From assembly GCA_043767805.1 (NCBI GenBank), contig JAYUGC010000015.1, positions 1 to 17,906 on the forward strand: a DNA stretch of 17,906 nt, written 5' to 3'. This DNA comes from Pseudomonadota bacterium. Lineage in GTDB: Bacteria; Bdellovibrionota; FAC87; UBA2466. The translations under genes were made by a program, and so were the position numbers. Below, piece by piece: positions 7,039-15,719 of the stretch; the first letter of the stretch is position 1, and each line of letters begins with the position of its first letter. The notes beneath the pieces were generated by a model, which saw only the letters and a list, made by a program, of their open reading frames with translations, was not told the origin of the DNA and did not search any database.

Positions 7039-7114
7039 GCCGACGTAGCTCAGTCGGTAGAGCAGCTCATTCGTAATGAGCAGGTCACCGGTTCGAGTCC
7101 GGTCGTCGGCTCCA
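7039..7114 (+). tRNA. tRNA-Thr (anticodon CGT)
   Basis: 76-nt cloverleaf GCCGACG...CGTCGGC-T-CCA, D-arm AGCTCAGTCGGTAGAGC, anticodon loop TTCGTAA (CGT at 7072-7074), T-loop GGTTCGAGTCC, encoded CCA. Confidence 0.97.
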
Positions 7115-7311
7115 GTCTTTTAGCCCCCTAGAAAGTCTAAGCCTGCCGAGCCATCACATGGAGCTCCGCAATCCGACGCAAGCCGCCCTCTTGAAGACAT
7201 CGGGCTCACCTGAATCTGAGACGGCTCGAGCGCTTCGAGCGGCTTCATGCCAGAATCGATGAGCGCCTTCAAGTCCCCGGCTTGCGTGCGTAGATACTAC
7301 GACGCGTCACC

Positions 7312-7331
7312 ACTGGTTATGACTGGTTATG
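7312..7331. repeat. Perfect 10-bp tandem direct repeat (ACTGGTTATG)x2, candidate regulator site upstream of nuoA
   Basis: The repeat is seen directly in the tRNA-nuoA intergenic region; its function is inferred. Confidence 0.5.
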
Positions 7332-7411
7332 TCCCGGAGGAGCCGATCCCAACCCACTGAAGGGCTTGAGAAATTCACGGATTCTCTCGTTGAAGGGTGC
7401 TCCCCCGTCTG

Positions 7412-7439
7412 TTACGTTACTTGCGCAAATTCAACGTAA
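7412..7439. promoter_or_regulatory. Inverted repeat TTACGTT-N14-AACGTAA with internal palindrome TTGCGCAA, candidate operator for the nuo operon
   Basis: Dyad symmetry seen directly ~40-65 nt upstream of the likely nuoA start. Confidence 0.4.
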
Positions 7440-7477
7440 GGAGTGGCCCGCCGGAAGCCTCGCGGGCTAAAGTCATA

Positions 7478-7837
7478 GTGGAATATTTGCCCGTACTTAT
7501 CATGTTGGGTATCGGTGCCGTGGTCGGCGCCGGCATGCTTCTTTTGCCCCGCCTGATCGCCCCGCGGCTGCCCAACGCCCGTAAGAACGAGCCCTTCGAG
7601 TGCGGCGTTCCCGCCCACGGCGATGCCCACCGCCGCATTTCGGTGCGTTTTTACCTCGTGGCGATTCTCTTTTTGCTTTTTGACGTGGAAGCGATTTTCT
7701 TTTTTCCCTGGGCCGTCGTGTACCGGGATTTCCTCGCCATCAACTCGTTCATCGTTTTCGAGATGGCGGCGTTCGTAGCGGTCCTCCTGGTCGGTCTCTA
7801 CTACGTTTGGCGTAAAGGAGCCCTGCTCTGGGATTGA
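7478..7837 (+). CDS. nuoA: NADH-quinone oxidoreductase subunit A
   Basis: PFECG, RFYLVAILFLLFDVEAIFFFPWA, WRKGALLWD. A GTG start at 7478 gives a typical 119 aa. Confidence 0.95.
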   Translation: MEYLPVLIMLGIGAVVGAGMLLLPRLIAPRLPNARKNEPFECGVPAHGDAHRRISVRFYLVAILFLLFDVEAIFFFPWAVVYRDFLAINSFIVFEMAAFVAVLLVGLYYVWRKGALLWD

Positions 7838-7847
7838 AGGTGATTTA

Positions 7848-8363
7848 ATGGGCAAGGACGGATCTTTAAGCTTCTTCACGACCCGCCTCGACGACTTCCT
7901 CAGCTGGGGAAGAAAGAACGCGCTTTGGCCTTTGCCTTTCGGCACGAGCTGCTGCGGCATCGAGATGATGGCAACCCTAAGCAGCGACTACGACATGGCT
8001 CGCTTCGGCGCCGAGGCCATCCGCTTTTCTCCTCGTCAGAGCGATCTCCTTATCGTCGCGGGAATCGTGAACGCGAAGATGACGCCCATCCTGGTCAGCG
8101 TCTACGAGCAGATGAGCGATCCGAAATGGGTCATGTCCTTTGGCGCCTGCGCGTCTTCGGGCGGCGTCTTTCCGGTTTATAGCGTCACGCAAGGCATCGA
8201 TCGCGTGATCCCGGTCGACATCTATATCCCCGGCTGTCCGCCCTCTCCCGATTCGGTTCTCTACGCTTTGATGGAGCTCCAAAAGCGCATTGCCCGGGGC
8301 GAGACGCATGCTCAGCACCGCATCGTGAAAGCCCGTGAAGGGAAAGGGGCGGTCACACCGTGA
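7848..8363 (+). CDS. nuoB: NADH-quinone oxidoreductase subunit B
   Basis: FGTSCCGIEM, RFSPRQSDLLIVAG, GACASSGG, PVDIYIPGCPP (N2 cluster ligands). Confidence 0.97.
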   Translation: MGKDGSLSFFTTRLDDFLSWGRKNALWPLPFGTSCCGIEMMATLSSDYDMARFGAEAIRFSPRQSDLLIVAGIVNAKMTPILVSVYEQMSDPKWVMSFGACASSGGVFPVYSVTQGIDRVIPVDIYIPGCPPSPDSVLYALMELQKRIARGETHAQHRIVKAREGKGAVTP

Positions 8364-8935
8364 TTGAAAGATTCGATATCCGCACCCGCGTGCCCACGAT
8401 TTACGGCGACTGGTGGGAACGCTTTGGCCCTGTCTGGGCCGAGCAGGCGGAAACCCTGAAACAGAAATTCGGCAACGCCGTTCCCGAAGTGCGGCTTCCG
8501 CCCACTTTCCCCACGGACGTGCCCATCGTCTACGTGCACAAAGAGCATATCGTCGAGGTTTTGACCTATTTGAGAGATTCGCTCGGTTACGACTTTTTGG
8601 CCGATCTCACGGCGACGGACGAAGGCGGCGAGCCGCGCTTTGAAGTCGTCTACAACCTCTACGCTATGAAGGCGAAGGGCCCGCGCATCCGCGTGAAGTC
8701 CAAAGTCGGCGAAGCGGAAGACATTCCGTCGATAGTTACGGTCTGGAAAGGCGCGGACTGGGCCGAGCGCGAAGTCTACGACATGTTCGGCATCAAATTT
8801 CGCGGTCACCCCAACCTCCGGCGCATCCTCATGGATTACCGCTGGGAAGGGTATCCGCTCCGTAAAGATTATCCCTTGGATGGCTATCAGGTGTTCCCGG
8901 ACGCCGAGGCCCCCGATCCAGAGAGGCTGAGATAA
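8360..8935 (+). CDS. nuoC: NADH-quinone oxidoreductase subunit C
   Basis: RFEVVYNL, WAEREVYDMFGIKFRGHPNLRRILM, GYPLRKDYPL. GTGA overlap with nuoB. Confidence 0.96.
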   Translation: MIERFDIRTRVPTIYGDWWERFGPVWAEQAETLKQKFGNAVPEVRLPPTFPTDVPIVYVHKEHIVEVLTYLRDSLGYDFLADLTATDEGGEPRFEVVYNLYAMKAKGPRIRVKSKVGEAEDIPSIVTVWKGADWAEREVYDMFGIKFRGHPNLRRILMDYRWEGYPLRKDYPLDGYQVFPDAEAPDPERLR

Positions 8936-10182
8936 TGCACGAAGGTAGAGACAAAATACCGTCGAGCAAGCTGCCCGAGCGGTTCACGTTTCAGCCGGAT
9001 CCCGACGACCTCTGGGAAGACTCGCGGGTCATCATCAATATCGGCCCGACGCATCCCTCGATGCACGGCGCGTTCCGGATGGTGGCAAAGCTTAACGGCG
9101 AGACGATCGAAAAGTCTTACTGCGAGTTCGGCTACACGCACCGCGCGAAGGAAAAGCTCGGCGAGCACCGCACCTACCATCAGTTCGTGGTCTTCACCGA
9201 TCGCCTGAATTATTGCTCGGCTCTCATCAACAACGTCACCTACGCTATGAGCGTCGAGCAGCTCATGGGCATCCAAGTGCCCGAGCGTTGCGTGTGGCTC
9301 CGCATGATGTGCGCGGAGCTCGCACGCGTCACCGATCACCTTATCTGCATCGGCATTAACGCCGTGGATCTCGGCGCCTTCAGCTTCTTCCTCTACGGCT
9401 TTCATCAGCGCGAAGAGGCCTACACCTTAATCGAAAAGCTCTGCGGCGCGCGTCTCACGACGAGCTACACCCGCATCGGCGGCTTGATGTACGACTCGCC
9501 CCCCGGCTGGGAAGACGAGCTGCGCGTTTGGATCAAAAAGACACGCGCCTGCATCAACGAGATGGATGCGATTCTCACGCACAACCAGATCTGGTGCGGC
9601 CGCACCCAAGGCGTTGGCGCCTTCACGCCCGAACAATGCCGGGATTGGTCCTTCACGGGGCCCGTGGCCCGCGCGGCCGGCATCGATCACGATTTGCGCC
9701 GAGACCAGCCTTGTCTATTTTACGACCAGGTGACGTTCGACGTTCCCACGGGCGAGCACGGCGACGTGTACGATCGCTACCTGGTCCGCATGGAAGAAGT
9801 GCGCCAATCCTTGCGCATTCTCGAGCAATGCTGCGACAAGATTAAGCCGGGGCCCATCTGGGTGGAAGACAAGCGCGTCCGCATTCCCGAGAAAGAGCTC
9901 GTCTACAACTCGATGGAAGGCATGATCCATCACTTCAAATTTTTCATGACGGGCTTCGACGTTCCCGAAGGCGAAGCCTACACCACCTTCGAAGCGGCGA
10001 ACGGAGAGCTCGGCTTTTACATCGTGAGCCGAGGCAATCCGAAGTCGCACCGCATGCGTATCCGCGGGCCGTCGGTCTGGCACTATCAAGGGCTTTCCCC
10101 CATGGTAGAAGGCTCTAAGATCGCCGACATGGTGGCCTCCATCGGAAGCCTCAACATCATCGCAGGGGAGCTCGATCGGTAA
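8935..10182 (+). CDS. nuoD: NADH-quinone oxidoreductase subunit D
   Basis: NIGPTHPSMHG, GYTHRAKEK, DRLNY, GDVYDRYLVRMEEVRQS, EAANGELG, GELDR C-terminus. Confidence 0.97.
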   Translation: MHEGRDKIPSSKLPERFTFQPDPDDLWEDSRVIINIGPTHPSMHGAFRMVAKLNGETIEKSYCEFGYTHRAKEKLGEHRTYHQFVVFTDRLNYCSALINNVTYAMSVEQLMGIQVPERCVWLRMMCAELARVTDHLICIGINAVDLGAFSFFLYGFHQREEAYTLIEKLCGARLTTSYTRIGGLMYDSPPGWEDELRVWIKKTRACINEMDAILTHNQIWCGRTQGVGAFTPEQCRDWSFTGPVARAAGIDHDLRRDQPCLFYDQVTFDVPTGEHGDVYDRYLVRMEEVRQSLRILEQCCDKIKPGPIWVEDKRVRIPEKELVYNSMEGMIHHFKFFMTGFDVPEGEAYTTFEAANGELGFYIVSRGNPKSHRMRIRGPSVWHYQGLSPMVEGSKIADMVASIGSLNIIAGELDR

Positions 10183-10662
10183 ATGGGCAAGTTACTCTCG
10201 ACACATTTTTACGAGCGCATGGACAAGTTAGTCCCGCGCTATCCCACGCGAGTCGCGTTGCTACTGCCCGCTTTCCACGCGGCTCAGGAAGAGCACGGCT
10301 GGCTAGCGCCCGAGATTTTGCACGAAGTCGCGGACTACATCGGCATTCACCCTGCGCAAGCGCGCGAAGTGGCGAGCTTCTACAACATGTACCACCTGGA
10401 GCCCGTGGGCCGGCATTTCCTGCGCATCTGCACGAACGTCTCTTGCTCTTTACGGGGCGGACAAGATCTCGTCGCTCATTGTAAGAAGAAGTACGCGGTC
10501 GATTGCAATGAAACGACCAAAGACGGCAAGATCACTTTCATCGAGGAAGAATGCCTCGGCGCCTGCGGCACGGCCCCGGCCGTGATGCTGGACGACAACT
10601 ATCACGAGAACCTTTCCGTCGAGCGCCTCGACATCATCTTGAACGGATTGGGTAACCGATGA
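10183..10662 (+). CDS. nuoE: NADH-quinone oxidoreductase subunit E
   Basis: VASFYNMY, ICTNVSCSLRG, ECLGACGTAP ([2Fe-2S] N1a). Confidence 0.96.
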   Translation: MGKLLSTHFYERMDKLVPRYPTRVALLLPAFHAAQEEHGWLAPEILHEVADYIGIHPAQAREVASFYNMYHLEPVGRHFLRICTNVSCSLRGGQDLVAHCKKKYAVDCNETTKDGKITFIEEECLGACGTAPAVMLDDNYHENLSVERLDIILNGLGNR

Positions 10663-11945
10663 AGACGCTCTACATCCAGCATTTCAAAGAGTCGTGCCGC
10701 CCCCTGTCCTACTACCTGGAGCAAATGGAAGGCTATCAGGCCGCCAAAAAAGCTTTGGCCATGGCACCGGACGCGGTCATCGACGAAGTGAAAAAATCCA
10801 ACTTGCGCGGCCGCGGGGGCGCGGGCTTTCCGGCGGGCATGAAGTGGAGCTTCATCCCGAAGATGTCCGCGAAGCCGAAATACGTAGTCTGCAACGCGGA
10901 TGAGTCCGAGCCCGGCACGTTCAAAGACCGGGATCTCATCCGGTACACGCCTCATCTTTTGATCGAAGGCATGATCATCGCGGGCCATGCCATCGCCTCC
11001 GAAGTTGGCTACATCTACATCCGCGGCGAGTACGTGCGCGAAGCGAAACTTTTACAAGCCGCCATCGAGGAGGCCTACGACAAGGGCTACCTCGGCGAGA
11101 ACGTGCTCGGCACCGGCAAGAAATTTCACTTGACGCTCCACCGGGGCGCGGGAGCGTACATCTGCGGCGAAGAGACCGCACTTTTGAACTCTCTCGAAGG
11201 TAAGCGTGGCGAGCCCCGCGTGAAGCCGCCCTTCCCGGCGATTTCGGGCGCCTTCGCGGGCCCCACGGTCGTCAACAACGTCGAGACCCTTTGTGCGGTT
11301 CCCCACATCATGCGTAACGGCGGCGAGTGGTTTGCGAAGCTAGGCTCCTCCGACAAATCGGGCGGCACGCGCCTCATCTGCGTTTCGGGGCACGTGAAGA
11401 AACCCGGCGTGTACGAGATTCAAGCGGGCAGCTTCACCATTCGGCAAATCATTTACGATCTCTGCGGCGGCATCTTGGACGACAAGCCCTTGAAGGCGGT
11501 CATTCCCGGCGGCTCCTCCGCGCCTGTTCTGACGCCCGAAGAAATCGACGTCACCTATGACATCGAGCCGCTCCAAAAGATCGGCACCATGATGGGATCG
11601 GCCGCGATGATCGTCGTCGCCGAAGGTACGTCGCTTCCGAAGCTCATCCGGCGCATCACCCACTTTTACGCCCACGAGTCTTGCGGCCAGTGCACACCCT
11701 GCCGTGAGGGCTGCCGCTGGATGGAAGACGTTTTCAACCGGATCCTCGACGGCAAAGGCCGCCCGGCGGACTTGCCCTTACTCAACGACATCGCGAACAA
11801 CATCAACGGCAAAACTTTGTGCGCGCTCGGCGACGCCGCCGCGGGCCCGGTCATCAGCTTCATCAAGAAGTTCCGCGCGGATTTCGAGGCGCTCATTCCC
11901 GGCACGGCCGCTGCTTTGACTGAAGGGAAGGCGACTCATGCCTAA
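10659..11945 (+). CDS. nuoF: NADH-quinone oxidoreductase subunit F
   Basis: LRGRGGAGFPAGMKW, NADESEPGTFKDR, GAGAYICGEETAL, ESCGQCTPCREG, TLCALGD. Confidence 0.98.
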   Translation: MKTLYIQHFKESCRPLSYYLEQMEGYQAAKKALAMAPDAVIDEVKKSNLRGRGGAGFPAGMKWSFIPKMSAKPKYVVCNADESEPGTFKDRDLIRYTPHLLIEGMIIAGHAIASEVGYIYIRGEYVREAKLLQAAIEEAYDKGYLGENVLGTGKKFHLTLHRGAGAYICGEETALLNSLEGKRGEPRVKPPFPAISGAFAGPTVVNNVETLCAVPHIMRNGGEWFAKLGSSDKSGGTRLICVSGHVKKPGVYEIQAGSFTIRQIIYDLCGGILDDKPLKAVIPGGSSAPVLTPEEIDVTYDIEPLQKIGTMMGSAAMIVVAEGTSLPKLIRRITHFYAHESCGQCTPCREGCRWMEDVFNRILDGKGRPADLPLLNDIANNINGKTLCALGDAAAGPVISFIKKFRADFEALIPGTAAALTEGKATHA

Positions 11946-13344
11946 GTGCACCATCAACGGCAAAGAGATCGAGTTCACTCCCGGCACGAACCTCATCGAG
12001 GTCGCGCGTCAGGGCGGCATCGAAGTGCCTTACTTCTGCTACCATCCCGGTCTTTCGGTTGTCGCCCAATGCCGGATGTGCGCGGTGGAAATCGAAAAAA
12101 TGCCGAAACTCCAGACGGCGTGCTCGACGCCCGCGACCGACGGTATGGTGATTCGCACCGATACGCCCCGCGTGAAAGATGCCCAAAAGGGCACGATGGA
12201 ATTTTTACTGATCAATCACCCGCTCGATTGCCCCATCTGCGACAAGTCGGGCGAGTGCGATCTGCAAGACCTGTCGTTCAAGTACGGCAGCCAGTACATG
12301 CGCTACACCGAAGAGCGCCGCGAGTTTCAAGACGACGACATGGGCCCGGTCATCAAGAAGGACATGAACCGCTGCATCCATTGCACGCGCTGCATTCGGT
12401 TCGCCGATGAGATCGCGGGCACGCGGGAAATCGTGGCCCTTCAGCGCGGTAACCACACCGAGATTACGACGGTCGACAACAAGCCTTTGGAATCGGCCTA
12501 CTCCGGCTGCTATGCGGACGTTTGCCCGACGGGCTCGCTCACCCTGAAAGATTTCCGTTTCAAGAAACGCGTTTGGTACCTGAAGCGCACCCCGACGGTC
12601 TGTGAAGGCTGCGCGCGTGGCTGCAACATGAACATGGACCAGGCGGACGAGGTCGTTTACCGGTGCACGCCTCGCACGAACATGGAAGTGAACAAGTACT
12701 GGATGTGCGACGAAGGCCGCTTCAACTTCCACTACACGAAAAGCCCGGAACGGGTAATCGTTCCGTCGGTGGACGGCTCGTGGGACCGTTCGGTGGCAAA
12801 AGCCGCGGATCTCATGGCGGGCAAACGCCTCACCATTCTCGTCGGAAGCGATCTGACAAATCAGGAAGTAGATCTCATCCAGCGCTTCAGTGAGAAGTCT
12901 TTTCCGACGTCCAAGCTCTATCACTTCGGCACGCCTGGCATTTTGAGTGCGGCCGACGACGCGGACGAGGACAAGATCTTAAAGCGCACCAGCAAGACCT
13001 CTAACTTGCATGGCGTGGAAAAGCTCGGCCTAAAGGGCTTTAAGGCCCTCGACGAAGACGCCGAAGCGGTCCTTGTCTTTAGAGGCGGCCGCGCGGTGCT
13101 TCCCGACCTGGGCCACCACTTGCCGACGGTCGGCGTGGGCGTGTTCTTTCATACGGAAGCGAAACAGTTCGACGCGCTTCTTCCCGGCACGAGCTTCGCG
13201 GAGAAAGACGGCACCATCGTCAATTTCCAGGGCAAGGAGCAGCCGCTCAAAACCTCCATCATGCCGCCGGGAGAATCGAAGCCCCTTTTTGAAATTCTCA
13301 CGCGCTGGATGAATTCGACCAAGGGTGAGCTCCGACATGGATAG
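11938..13344 (+). CDS. nuoG: NADH-quinone oxidoreductase subunit G, short form (468 aa)
   Basis: PYFCYHP...CRMC...ACST, NHPLDCPICDKSGECDLQ, RCIHCTRC...DVCPTG, CEGCARGC...WMCDEGRF. The C-terminal region is strongly reduced. Confidence 0.93.
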   Translation: MPKCTINGKEIEFTPGTNLIEVARQGGIEVPYFCYHPGLSVVAQCRMCAVEIEKMPKLQTACSTPATDGMVIRTDTPRVKDAQKGTMEFLLINHPLDCPICDKSGECDLQDLSFKYGSQYMRYTEERREFQDDDMGPVIKKDMNRCIHCTRCIRFADEIAGTREIVALQRGNHTEITTVDNKPLESAYSGCYADVCPTGSLTLKDFRFKKRVWYLKRTPTVCEGCARGCNMNMDQADEVVYRCTPRTNMEVNKYWMCDEGRFNFHYTKSPERVIVPSVDGSWDRSVAKAADLMAGKRLTILVGSDLTNQEVDLIQRFSEKSFPTSKLYHFGTPGILSAADDADEDKILKRTSKTSNLHGVEKLGLKGFKALDEDAEAVLVFRGGRAVLPDLGHHLPTVGVGVFFHTEAKQFDALLPGTSFAEKDGTIVNFQGKEQPLKTSIMPPGESKPLFEILTRWMNSTKGELRHG

Positions 13345-14422
13345 CGCTCTCTGGATCACTCTTATCAAGTGCCTTGTCCTGGCCGCGATGATCTTGCAGG
13401 TCGCGCCCATCATGCTTTGGCTCGAACGGCGCGGCTCCGCTTGGATGCAGATGCGGCTCGGGCCGAATCGCGTGGGACCCTTCGGCTTCTTTCAGCCAAT
13501 CGCGGACGCGATTAAGTTAATCAGCAAGGAAGACCCCATCCCGGGGCACGTGAATAAGTTCTTTTATGCGATAGCGCCGTCCGTTTCCGTCATTCCGGCC
13601 TTCATGACGTCCGCCATCATTCCCTTCGCAGCGCCCATCGAGCTCGAGAACGGAACCAATATCACTTTCCAGGTCGCCGACCTGAACGTCGGTCTCCTCT
13701 ATGCCTTGGCCATTGGCTCTCTCGGCGTCTACGGCATCATCATGGGTGGCTGGGCGAGCAATAGTAAGTACTCGCTGCTCGGCAGCCTCCGGTCGAGCAG
13801 TCAGATGATCAGCTACGAACTCAGCTTGGGGCTATCGCTCATCGGCATCATCATGAGCTTTTCGTCCATGGAAGTGGGCGCCATCGTCGCGGGACAAGGT
13901 TCTACCTGGTTCGAGGTGGCTGGAGTCGCCATACCGAAGCTCGGCATCCTCATCCAGCCCTTGGGCTTTTTGCTCTTTTTGACGGCAGCCTTCGCCGAGA
14001 CGAACCGCCTGCCTTTCGATTTGCCCGAAGGCGAATCGGAAATCATCGCGGGCTATCACGTCGAGTTCGGCTCGCTCAAGTTCGCGGCCTTCATGATGGC
14101 CGAGTATGTGAACATGTTCACGGCTTCTTGCCTCATCTCCGCGCTCTATTTTGGCGGCTGGCACATGCTGCCTGGCTCCGGTCTCATTTTGCAAAAGCTC
14201 GCGCTGAATGGCGACGCGCTACTATGGACGCGAGCGGGCTTGCAAGCAGCCTCGATGCTCCTGAAGGTCTCCTTCTTCATGTGGTTCTTCGTCTGGGTGC
14301 GCTGGACGCTACCTCGCTTTAGATACGATCAGCTCATGGATCTCGGGTGGAAGGTCATGCTTCCTCTCTCCCTCGCCAACATTTTCGTGACGGGGATACT
14401 CATTTACTTCCGGGTGATTTGA
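13337..14422 (+). CDS. nuoH: NADH-quinone oxidoreductase subunit H
   Basis: WLERR...RLGPNRVGP, QPIADAIKLISKE, SYEL, AETNRLPFDLPEGESE, PRFRYDQLMDLGWK. ATG at 13337. Confidence 0.97.
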   Translation: MDSALWITLIKCLVLAAMILQVAPIMLWLERRGSAWMQMRLGPNRVGPFGFFQPIADAIKLISKEDPIPGHVNKFFYAIAPSVSVIPAFMTSAIIPFAAPIELENGTNITFQVADLNVGLLYALAIGSLGVYGIIMGGWASNSKYSLLGSLRSSSQMISYELSLGLSLIGIIMSFSSMEVGAIVAGQGSTWFEVAGVAIPKLGILIQPLGFLLFLTAAFAETNRLPFDLPEGESEIIAGYHVEFGSLKFAAFMMAEYVNMFTASCLISALYFGGWHMLPGSGLILQKLALNGDALLWTRAGLQAASMLLKVSFFMWFFVWVRWTLPRFRYDQLMDLGWKVMLPLSLANIFVTGILIYFRVI

Positions 14423-14423
14423 C

Positions 14424-14864
14424 ATGCTGATGCGACGAAGCAAAGCGTTTCTGCAAAGGCTCTACATCCTGGGAATCGTGCGTGGTCTTTTGATCACCAT
14501 GCGGCACGTGTTCGGGAAAAAGGTCACCTACCAGTACCCGGAAGTGAAGCGAAAGTACTCCGGCCGTTACCGGGGCCAGCACTACATCAAGTCCATCGAA
14601 GGCGTCGAAAATTGCACGTCGTGCATGCTGTGCCCGACGGTGTGTCCGGCGCTTTGTATTCACATCGAAGCTTCGGAAGGGGACACTAAGGAAAAATATC
14701 CTAAGAAGTTCGAGATCGATTTGCTCCGGTGCATTTTCTGCGGCATGTGCGAGGAAGCTTGTCCCGAGGACGCCATCAAACTTTCGACCATTTACGAAAT
14801 GGCCGTGCCCCGCCGCACGGTTTACGACAAGAAGTTCCTCGACATCCAAAGGGGGAACAAGTGA
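14424..14864 (+). CDS. nuoI: NADH-quinone oxidoreductase subunit I
   Basis: TYQYPE, CTSCMLCPTVCP and CIFCGMCEEACP (2x[4Fe-4S]). Confidence 0.96.
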   Translation: MLMRRSKAFLQRLYILGIVRGLLITMRHVFGKKVTYQYPEVKRKYSGRYRGQHYIKSIEGVENCTSCMLCPTVCPALCIHIEASEGDTKEKYPKKFEIDLLRCIFCGMCEEACPEDAIKLSTIYEMAVPRRTVYDKKFLDIQRGNK

Positions 14865-15409
14865 TTCCGATGCCCGCTCTATTCTTCTATCTGTTCGCGG
14901 CGCTCGCCATCGCTTTCTCGCTGGTGGTGGTCTTCCACAAGAACCCCATCTCTAGCGCTTTTAGCCTGGTCTTGGTGTTTTTCTCCTTCGCGGCCATTTA
15001 TGCGCTGCTCGACGCACACCTAATCGCCGCGATGCAAGTCTTGGTGTACGCCGGCGCCGTCATGGTGCTTTTCGTTTTCGTCATCATGCTGCTGAACGCC
15101 GACGCGCCTTCGTTCGACTTCGGGCGAGCCCACGTCACCTTGCGTTTCGCTTCAGTCGCGGCGAGCGCCATTCTGCTCACCGCCTTCGTCTGGAGCTTCA
15201 AGCACACGCCGTTTCCCAGCTCCTTGGGTCAACTGACGCCTGAGGCCCTCGATTCGGTGGGCGGCAATACGGTCGGCTTGGCCCAGCAACTTTTCTCCAA
15301 GTACCTTTTGCCCTTCGAGCTGACCTCGGCTCTTTTGCTCGCGGGCATCGTGGCTGCGGTCTCCATCGCCAAGCGCAACTTGGTTACGACGGGAGGGCCA
15401 CGCGCATGA
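14861..15409 (+). CDS. nuoJ: NADH-quinone oxidoreductase subunit J
   Basis: NPISSA, QVLVYAGAVMVLFVFVIMLLN, YLLPFELTSALLL. GTG 14861 overlaps the nuoI stop, with AGGGGG upstream (alternative ATG 14870). Confidence 0.95.
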   Translation: MIPMPALFFYLFAALAIAFSLVVVFHKNPISSAFSLVLVFFSFAAIYALLDAHLIAAMQVLVYAGAVMVLFVFVIMLLNADAPSFDFGRAHVTLRFASVAASAILLTAFVWSFKHTPFPSSLGQLTPEALDSVGGNTVGLAQQLFSKYLLPFELTSALLLAGIVAAVSIAKRNLVTTGGPRA

Positions 15410-15717
15410 TGTCTTTTGTGGAGCCCTGGATCATACTGTCCTTCGCCGCGGCGATCTTTTTCATCGGCCTCATGGGGCTCTTGGTTCGTAGGAACCTGCT
15501 CGTCATTCTCATGTGCCTCGAGCTCATGCTGAACGCCGTAAATCTGACCTTCGTGACGTTTGCGAGAAACTTGCACGATACGGCGGGGCAGATGGCGGTC
15601 TTTTTCATCATCGTGGTCGCCGCCGTCGAATCGGCCATTGGCCTGAGCCTCGTCATCGCGCTTTTTAGAACCTTACGTACCGTCGACACCGATGCCATGC
15701 GCCTCTTGAGGGAATAA
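15406..15717 (+). CDS. nuoK: NADH-quinone oxidoreductase subunit K
   Basis: RRNLLVILMCLELMLNAVNL, GQMAVFF, VAAVESAIGL. Confidence 0.97.
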   Translation: MMSFVEPWIILSFAAAIFFIGLMGLLVRRNLLVILMCLELMLNAVNLTFVTFARNLHDTAGQMAVFFIIVVAAVESAIGLSLVIALFRTLRTVDTDAMRLLRE

Positions 15718-15719
15718 CC

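Noticed and set aside
7039..7400. tRNA-Thr as integration site of a genomic island
   Set aside because: No integrase gene and no duplicate of the tRNA 3' end seen in the window. The accessory genes lie 5' of the tRNA, not 3'.
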